This document shows positions 54,535 through 64,000 of a DNA stretch of 64,000 nt, in pieces. The stretch is from Eledone cirrhosa (lineage: Eukaryota). The stretch covers positions 309,504,001-309,568,000 of the forward strand of contig OZ024743.1 of the NCBI GenBank assembly GCA_964016885.1. Direction: 5' to 3'. Position numbers and translations under genes: made by a program. Within the stretch, counting starts at the first letter, position 1, and the number at the start of each line of letters is the position of its first letter. Under the pieces are notes generated by a model. The model was given only the letters and a program-made list of their open reading frames with translations. It ran no database searches and was not told where the DNA came from.

Positions 54535-55444
54535 TAACAGATTAAAGTTTAAGCAAAGAATCGTTGCTTTCACCCTTAACGGGATCTTTTGAAACTCTTG
54601 TTTCTATCCATTTCTAAAATAAATCACACTTTTTTCCATTTTGATTCCAGAGTTATATTTCAGGCACTAAACTATATACTCTGTAATATATACCTAATTC
54701 TTGTGTATAATGCTAGTGCAAGAGGAAACAGTGTCAGAATATCTCGTTAAGGGTGAAAGCAGCGATTCTATGCTTAAACTTTAATCTGTTATTTTAATAA
54801 ATATTTGCTCTATGATTTTTATATATTTGATAAATATGGTCTTTCCAATTTTTAGTACTAACTATCAGTCGCAACTCTAGGTAGAAGGAGCAACGTGAAA
54901 TAAAGTCTCTTGCTCAAGGACATAACGCAACGCCAGGTTCAGCAATGGAACTCACAACCTCACGATTGCGAATCCTATTCTCTAACCACTCAGCCACACG
55001 CCTATTTATATTATCCTTATCGAGCCGTCTTCGGATTTGAGTCTTCGCGTTTATTATTATTACTATTACTATATATATGTGTACGTGTGTATGTGCATGT
55101 ATGTATGTATATATATGGATATCTATGTATATATATGTATATATATATATATATATCCACATATATATACACACACACACACACACACAAATATATATAT
55201 ATACTGAAATATGCGCTTAATATGTAAGACATTTAGTTAAGTGTTCTATGTCCGGAGATGATAAGAAAATTATTTTAATCAGCTAAAATTATAATCATAA
55301 TGATTTCTGGTATTTTTTTGATTTCTATAATCATAATGGTTTCTTTATTTCTATAATCATAATGAAAACAAAACTTATTACGTTAATGGAAATTATGCTC
55401 AGAATGAGACAAAATTAAATTAAATGTTAATTTATATATGTAGG

Positions 55445-55514
<70 letters not shown>

Positions 55515-55516
<2 letters not shown>

Positions 55517-55691
55517 GGAAAAAATGAAACGAATTTCATTTCTACTGTTAGTAGTATGTATATATATATACATACTACTGTACGTCTGTATACATATATG
55601 TATGTACGTATACATACTTATATTTAAGTAACAGCCGTACTAAGAGTGAGAAATGAAATTTCGTTTTATTTTTTCCATTTATCGTTTTCGG
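55515..55691 (+). mobile_element. Retrozyme-unit fragment fused to PLE copy G
   Basis: Matches ~7880-8009 of the array; contains a small internal inversion. Confidence 0.8.
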
Positions 55692-57106
55692 TGTAACTGT
55701 CCTGATAGATCCATGTGCCCCCTCAACAACAGATGCCAAGAACGTAATGTGATCTACCAGTGCAACGTGAGGACGGACACCTCCAACAAGGCTTATATAG
55801 GATTAACCGCCTGTGACTTCAAGACCTGGCTCTACCAACACCGACATACTTTCCGAAACCCGGTCCGACGACATGCCACTACACTTTCGGGCCACATCTG
55901 GGACCTCAAAGATAATAATATAACCTACAATCTCACTTGGAGCTTACTGTCCACAGCTAACTCTTACACGGTAGGACGCCGTCCGTGTAACTTATGCTCG
56001 GAGGAAACATTACAAATGCTGTTTGCTAAGGACCAACTCCTAAACAAGAAAGACGAACTGGTAACGGTATGCAAACACAGATTGTGTAGGACGTACCTCA
56101 CCCTCAAACCCCATAACGACCCGGGTGGGTAGACAAGGGCTGATACCCCCCACTTGCCGATTTTGTAAGGGGAAACCCCTGCTTACATAGGTAGAAGTAA
56201 CTTTTTTTCTTTTCCTCTACGTTCCCTTCTTCCCCCCATCTCATCCTATTCCTTCCACCCCGATCTCCTTCCTCACCTGTCTTTCAGCTTTCGCCTACCC
56301 CGATGCAGCCCATCGGTCCTCTGTAGCCTCAGTGCCCCCGCCCCAGTAATTTTAAGATAGAATTGACCTATTACGCTTTTTATAGCAGATGTGTTAGACC
56401 CCGTAATTGTTTCTTTTTTGTTACTACTCCATTTCCACAATTTCTAAATTCCTTATTTAGTATTTTTGTTCTCAACTTATTAACCTGTCATCGTAAGATA
56501 GCATTGGCGGATTACGCTTTGCTAACTATTTATAGCAGCGGTGTTAGACCCCCTGTAAAGCCGGCTTTAAACATTTTTTTCACTACCAACTACAATCTCG
56601 TTTCTTTCCCATTTTCTACCTATTAAACTTTTCTATAGCTTAGCAATACCTACTAATGTTTAGCAGCTGTTTTTGTTTTTTTCATTTCTCACTAACAATA
56701 TTGTCTTTATATATTTATTTTTATAAATAGTTTTATTTTACTCCCTTTCGATCTACCTATTCTTTCACCCCCCCCCCTTTTCTCCAGTACAATTTTTCGA
56801 AGTTTTATACACTGTCCTATAAATCTGCTGTATATATTTCATTTTCAACGCCTGAGTGGCTTTCCCCACTCCCTCTTTGTTCTACGGGCAAGTTCAGGCA
56901 CACCTACCTCCCACCAAATGCCATGATAGATATATCTGTCTTTATAACACATTTTAACCAATCATCTTGACAATTACTATCTTCCCATATAAGGAAATTC
57001 CCCTTGAGAAGTTTGGCTATTTATTTACCAGGTTAACATTCTTATTTAGTCCAGAAATAGCCGTCGAAACGGCTTGAGCTCTGCCGTCGGGGTCATACTT
57101 GTTCCT
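55689..57106 (+). mobile_element. 5'-truncated PLE (copy G, family D): GIY-YIG 55689-56131, 3' UTR, hammerhead 57000-57092
   Basis: CNCPDRSMCPLNNRC..VIYQC..YIG. CCCC TTGAGAA GTT TGGCTAT...ATAGCCG TC GAAACGGC-TTGAGCTCT-GCCGTC GGGG. Confidence 0.92.
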
Positions 57107-57237
57107 ATATATATATATATATATATATATAAATATATATATTTATGTATGTAAAATGTAAACAGAAATAACAACACAATCGGTACAGTATATGGAAGGT
57201 ATATATTAGGTTAACGCTTGATATAGCAGGAAGAGGG

Positions 57238-57272
57238 TCTTAACGTTTGGACGCTAGTCCTTCATCAGAAGA
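57238..57272 (-). ncRNA. Degenerate minimal hammerhead (G12 missing) in another pseudo-LTR fragment
   Basis: TCTT CTGATGA A GGAC-TAGC-GTCC AAACGTT AAGA. Confidence 0.5.
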
Positions 57273-57524
57273 AATAATGAGAAATAAAATAGATTAAGGA
57301 GACGGGCGGAATGGAATTGGCAAAAATGTCTATAGATAAAAAAAATAGGCCCATTTATGTTGACATCTCTTGCAAAACTGTTGGTGCTGGCGTTTGGTGT
57401 ATGATTTGCTTTTTTAGAAATGTGGATGATGGCGCGCGTCTACCTGAAATGGAAAAAAAAAACGTTTTGTAAATAGAGCTATACCTGAGCACGTGCGTAG
57501 ACATGAGTTTGTGTGTGCGTGTGC

Positions 57525-57650
<126 letters not shown>

Positions 57651-57889
57651 ATAGGTCCGTATGAAGCTAAGAAGAAATGCATGTGTATATGTGAGTAAAA
57701 GAGTGTGTGTGCATGTAAGTACGAAGCTATGAGCAAAGTAAAAGCGATAGCAATCTAGGGGTGTGATAATGGACGGGGTATTAGAAAAATTGGAGAGGTG
57801 AATTGAGTCCAAGAGGGGAATAGGACCCAAGACGGTGAATCAGACTTTGTTCACTGCTGGTGCGCGAGGCCTGTGATCCATGATGTAAA

Positions 57890-57957
<68 letters not shown>

Positions 57958-58422
57958 ATATGTATATTATATATATATATTATATATATTATATATATAT
58001 TATATATATATTGATATATATATAATTAAAATATATATATATATTTTATATATATATTATATATATAATATATATATATAACTTTGCCTTTCATCCTTAC
58101 GGGGTCGATAAAATAAAGTACCAGTAATGTACTGGATAATAGCTGGCCTTGTGCCTAAAGTAGAAACAATTATATATATATTATATATATATATTTTATA
58201 TATTATAGATATATATATATTATATATATATTATATATATATGTATAAATATATATATTATATATATATATATATTATACATATATATATGATACATATT
58301 TTATATATATATATATATAATATATATATATACATATATGTAGGATTTTAGTCTTCAATTTTATTATTATTACTATTGTATATATTATATATATATTATA
58401 TATAATGTATTTATATATATAC

Positions 58423-58497
<75 letters not shown>

Positions 58498-58529
58498 CAT
58501 ATCTATATATTATATATATATATGCTATA

Positions 58530-61500
58530 TATAACTTTGAATAACTTTGAAATGTTTTGGCCAGTATTGGCCCAGGCCATGTCTAACTTAATAGCACCAC
58601 CTGGCGAAGTCTTTCAATTCAGGATTTGGGCACCATGGACCATTCGAGAAGAGAATTACTGTTTGCGGAGTCATATCCGGTTGTGGGTGGTTTGTCCGGG
58701 ATTACTTGGAGGAATTTGTCCAAAGACTTCTTGAATTTTGTGTGGTCAGTTTCTGTTTTGACGTGTCCTGGTGTGATGTTGAAGAGAGCAGGGCCAATTG
58801 AGCTGAAATAATTGTGCCGTATTGATGTTATGAGTTGCGATTTAGATGTTTGTTTGGGACGGATAGCACGGGGCCCAAGCCTTGGGTGTATTTAGAAGGT
58901 GATGCCAACATCATTTGGGCAGTGCTGATGAAACACTTTCCACATCATGCAGATAATATAACGCTCACGGCGAGGTTGGAGTGAGTAAAGTTTCAGCTTT
59001 TCTAGTCGACCCCAGTAGTCAAGTTCTGAGATGCCATCTATCCTTTTCGTGATTGCCCTTTGGGGAGCTTCAAGTTTCATGATACTTTGTTTCGTGTGGG
59101 GAGACCACAGTGGACAACAGTATTCAAGGCGTGGTCGGGCAAAAGTGGAGAAGAGAAGGATAATGGTGTGGGAATCTCTCGACTGGAAGGTTCTGAGGAT
59201 CCAGGAACACATTCTGCGGGCCATGTCAACTTTGCTGCTTATATGCGTGGTCCAGCTTATGTTGCTGTCCAGGGTTACTCCCAAGTTTCTGATGTTGTTA
59301 GATGCCACGAGAGTTTCCCCGGAGGGAAGGGAGTACGGGAGTTTCAGAGTATCCTCTTTTCCAAAGTGGATCAGTTCGAATTTGTCTTCGTTCAGTAACA
59401 TGTTGTTCTTTTCCGCCCATTGGGTAACAGCCAGTAGGTCTGACTGAAGGTTATCCGGTCATCCACGCCATTAATGACCTTTTGGAGCTTGGAATCATCA
59501 GCGAAAATTCTAATGTTGCTGTGTTTGATGATGTCAGTGATGTCATTAATATAGATGATGAAGAGAAGTGGGCCCAACACAGGGCCTTGTGGGACCCCAC
59601 TACTGACTTTGGCTGGTCTGGATTTGACTCCTTTGACTACAACATGTTGGGCTCTGTTTGACAGGAAGCTCTTGATCCACTGCAGCAGCTTTCCAGTGAC
59701 ACCAATATTGGACAGCTTTCTCAGTAGAATGTTGTGATCAACCCTGTCAAAGGCCTTGCTGAAATCAAGGTAGATAACATCAGTGTTGGAACCCTCTCCA
59801 AAGGCTCTCAAAATGTCATCAAAGTGATGCAGTAGCTGCATCAGGCAATCCCTTCCATTACGGAATCCATGCTGGTTGGAGTTCAGCATATTGTTACTCT
59901 CAAGGAAGTGAGTCATTCGCGATCTCACCACTCTCTCAAATACCTTAATGATATGAGAGGTGAGTGAGATTGGACGGTAATTCACGGCAAGGGATTTGCT
60001 TCCTTTTTTGAAAACTGGGACAACAGACTGGGATAGAAGGTTTTCTGGCACATATGCAGCATCCAGGGAGTTCCGCCACATATTGGCAAGAGGAGATGCA
60101 AGTTGGTGTTGACACGTCTTCAAGACACAAACAGGGAACCTATCGGGACCTACTGCTGAATTATGCTTGATTTCCTTTATTACCGCTAAGACATCAGGGA
60201 CGCCAAACGTTATGTCCGATAAGGTGTAATGGGGAGTAACATCGCCGATACAGCCCAGATCGGCCATATCAGGATTGCTGAAAACAGAGCAGTATTGTTT
60301 CTGCAGTATCTCATCCATGGTTTTAGCATTGTCTTGAAGAGTGCCATTTTCATCAATTAGAGGGCCAACAGTAGAGCCAGTGATTTTGTGTTTTTTTGCA
60401 TATGAAAAGAACACTTTAGGATTGAGTTTGATCTTCTCAATGGCTCAGGTCTCTTCAGCTCTTCTCTGACTGTTGATGATAGACATCATATTGTTTTGGA
60501 GGTTATGTTTTTTAACTCTAGTGATGAAATGGCAGTCAAGTAGATGTGTTGTTGCTGACAGTATTTCAGCTTGTTGATTTTTTTTGTTAGTTCTCTTAAT
60601 TTTCCTGATGAGCGTTTTTCTATTTCTAGGGATTCTGCTCTTAGATTTGTTTATAGTTCTTAATGGGGTGTGTTTTGCACATATGTTTGTAACAGTGTCC
60701 ACAAATGTCTGCCAGGACTTTTTGATGTTAGTGGGTGTGTGAGTGTGCGTGAAGGACCAGTCGACATGTGCAAGATCATGACTGATCGCTTCCCAGTTTG
60801 CATTGTGGAAATAGATAGCGTCAAACGGATGGACAGGAGAGATGACATTGGGTTTGTATATTGGACGGTGGAATCTCAGATCACAGAGAACCATGTCATG
60901 ATCAGAGAGTAGAGTTTTCTCCACTGCAATATTGTGGATAATGTTACTGTGATTGCTGAAAATTAAGTCTAGGACGTTTTTTTGGCCCCTCGTTTGTTCG
61001 AGCACCAGTTGGGACAGGAAGAAATCATCCATGAAGTCAAGAAGCGATTCCACTACATCTCTGTCAGAGGTTGAGGCAGAAGAACCTGGTGGCAGGCTGT
61101 TTGTGGACCAGTCAACTCCGGGGACGTTGAAGTCCCCCATTATTAAGATGGTGTCAGGGTGACACTCTTGGATGAAACACTTTATGCTGTTGAGGCATTC
61201 CTTGAAGCATGGTAGAGGCGTTTGGGGTGGCCTATAGAGCCCAACTACTATTAGGTTGTTGGTTTGACTGAATACAGTGACTGCTTCGCAGTATCCATTA
61301 GAAAATATGTTCATAGCCTCTGTTGAGAAAGAATTATGGACATAAATGGCAGTCCCACCCTTTCTTCTGCCAGCGCGATCATCACGGATGGCTTTGAAAT
61401 TTTTCACTTTCACCTCGGCTTCGAAGTGGAGGTTACTGAGATGGGTTTCAGTGAGGACGAAGAAAGGCATGTGGTTTGGATGGACATCAACCCAGTCCTC

Positions 61501-62258
61501 CAGTAATTTGATCTTCCATTTTTGAGTATTGGTGGAAGGGCTGATGCCTTGGGCGTTAAGCAAAAATGTTGAGGCGAGAGTGGATGGTTTTAATTGTTTT
61601 GGTGTGTTATTAATTTGTTTGTTTGTTAATGGCAGCAATGGGAGTTTGTGCAGTGGGGTGATAGTGGAGGGTGGTGCTGGGTGATAGCTCGAATGTTTTA
61701 TTCCAGTTCTTTTGCCAGATTCATTATGGCTAAAAAAGAGGAAGAAGTTTCCTGTTTAGGAAACTGTTGGTGACTGTGGTAGAGGTTATTTTTATGTAGG
61801 TTATGGTTATTGTTTTTGCTTTTATTTTTATTTTTATTTTCATTTGTCCGACGTGTCCCCGGGAGATCGGTAAAGGGACAATCCCGGTGTAAACACAATC
61901 TGTCTCGCTGGGAAAAGCGGCAGATTTGTGAATTCCTTGTTTGAGTTATTGGTGGTTGTGTTAGTTTTAAATTAGAGTATGTATTATGGTGGTGGCTGTT
62001 GTTTGTGGAGATAGACCGTTTTTTCCGAGGTAAATGGGTGAATTTGCAGCCACTATCCGTACATATTCTATAGCGTAGAGAGTAGCGGAAAATGATGGGG
62101 TTTCGAGTGGGCGTGTGTGTGTGTGTTGTGAGAGGTGTAGATTATAGTTTGAGTACGTTTTGACGACCTTTGTGGGCTGTGGGAGGGAGAGTTCTTGTAC
62201 TGGTATTAGAAGGTAAATTCCTTGAGATAGCAGTAGGCAAAGATGTAGTAGCAGTAGC

Positions 62259-62299
<41 letters not shown>

Positions 62300-62491
62300 C
62301 AGTAGTAGTAGGAAGAGGAGATGTTGGCAGTGGTGATGATTGGACTGCTGGGGCAGAGAAAGGAAGAGGCGTTTCCTGCTGTGAGACAGTGGCTACTGGG
62401 AGGTCAATAGTTTCATTTAGTAGATCGGCCATTGTTGATGAATCAAGCAGTGGTTCACACTGTTGTTGTTGTCGTTGTTGCTGTTGTTGTT

Positions 62492-62522
<31 letters not shown>

Positions 62523-62895
62523 TTGTTGCTGTTTTTGTTGTAGCTGTTGTTGTTGTTGCCGTTGTTGCTGCTGTTGTTGTTGTTGTTGCTGATGTTGTTG
62601 TTGTTGTTGCTGCTGTTGCTGCTGCTGGATAGCGTCCGAAGATAAAACACACCGTAGTTTATCCAAATGTTTATTGATTAATTTAAAAGCAACTTCGATT
62701 TGCTTTAATTTATTTCGAATCTGTTGTTCAGATCGGGTTTTCAAAAGGTGAACTGTACGTTTAACAATTTCGTTCAGACATGAAGCATCTATGTCTTCTG
62801 TTTGGGTAAGGCAATGCCATGTGTTTATTAGAATGTCGATTTCATTATCAGACCAGTTCTGTTGGATTTTTGCTGGTTAGCCACTCTAGTTTTGA
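58530..62895 (-). mobile_element. Near full-length decayed CR1-group LINE
   Basis: ORF2 ~61640-58600: LNAQG, LTETHL, YRPP, GDFN, LDL, SDH, NYRPISLTS, NQHGFR, YLDFSKAFD, SGVPQG.VLGP, FADD, RPRLEYC..WSP. Stops at 60445 and 58892, frameshift near 59450. ORF1 remnant 61700-62850; 3' tail (TTCAAAGTTA)2. Confidence 0.9.
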
Positions 62896-62984
<89 letters not shown>

Positions 62985-63505
62985 AGTTAAGTATTTCAAT
63001 ATATTTGTTTGTTTTTCTTGATATTTGTTTTTCTTGTGTGTGAGAGAGAAGTGTATATATAAATATGAGTATATATATATAAAAATATTCTGGTTATTTG
63101 GTTGTTAGAAATTAATGAAATTAATGAAAAGACGAAAGTATATAATAATTTGTAGTTAAAGGAAAATGTACTCACAAGTTGGTAAACACGTGGTTTCAAA
63201 TACATAAGAATATAGATGTATGTAAATGTAAATGACCGATCAATTTGGTTTGTTTGGTTTTGTTTTGTAGCTGCGTGACTTGCTGCTTACTCGGGGAGAG
63301 AAGTGAAAAGACGTCTTTATACTTCAACACTCGTATAAACATCTCTATATTATATATATATATTATATATATAATATATAATATTATAATATATATATTA
63401 TATATATATATATACATTATATATATATATCATATATATATATATATTATATATATACTATATATATATTATATATATATATTATATATATAATATATAA
63501 TATAA

Positions 63506-63539
<34 letters not shown>

Positions 63540-63559
63540 TATATTTAAATTTATATTTT

Positions 63560-63870
63560 TTGTTTTACAACCTACCACCTTTCACACCCTTTGATTTCCA
63601 GCTTCTACAGCCCACTATCTTTCACACAGACACGCACTCACACATATACACACACAGTTACACACACATATATACCCATACGCATACACACACACATCTA
63701 TATTTATACACGCACACATGTTTTACAACCTACCACCTTTCACACCCTCTGATTTCCAGCTTCTACAGCCCACTAACTTTCACACACACACACACACTCA
63801 CACATATACACACTTACATATATACACACACAGTTACACACACATATATATTTACACACACATATTTTAC
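63560..63870. repeat. ~158-bp tandem duplication
   Basis: tgttttacaacctaccacctttcacaccc..gatttccagcttctacagcccacta at 63561 and 63719. Confidence 0.8.
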
Positions 63871-64000
63871 GGCTCTCACACGCTAGCGCACCCTCTTGAT
63901 TTAACCCATTTGGTCAGTAGCTTTTGCCACAGCCTATCACGCGCACGCGCATTCTTTCCCTCATTTAAATTTTAAAAAATGTTCTCCCCATAACGGCATT

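Noticed and set aside
60445-60447. In-frame TGA in CR1 ORF2 as a further recoding site
   Set aside because: Not a Trp position; most simply CGA to TGA decay in a copy with other stops and frameshifts.

Overview
AT-rich animal genomic DNA, very probably an octopus (inferred from the SINE repertoire and the extreme (TA)n/(CA)n load). The only host coding sequence I can find is one 190-bp exon of a TMTC O-mannosyltransferase (TMTC4-like, 19688-19877, +), so most of the window is probably intron. It is filled with retroelements: at least 8 Penelope-like element (PLE) copies, mostly of the C-terminal GIY-YIG, CxCx5C (Hydra-clade-like) type, with inverted pseudo-LTRs and (TA)n junctions; a near-intact L1/Tx1 LINE in a (TCTA)n array; and decayed CR1-group, RTE, R4/Dong, Helitron and SINE copies. 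Two things stand out. (1) All three PLE copies that span the RT motif A-B region, from three divergent families, carry a stop codon (TAG 28943, TGA 36504, TGA 50218) at exactly the same codon, where Trp is expected. One of them is otherwise an uninterrupted ~865-codon ORF. This suggests a programmed stop-to-Trp recoding switch (A-to-I editing or readthrough), or a split RT. (2) About ten distinct hammerhead-ribozyme families are present, including U3:A8, A4, U10.1-U11.1 and very long stem II variants, plus a retrozyme-like tandem array. All alignments and folds were done by eye.
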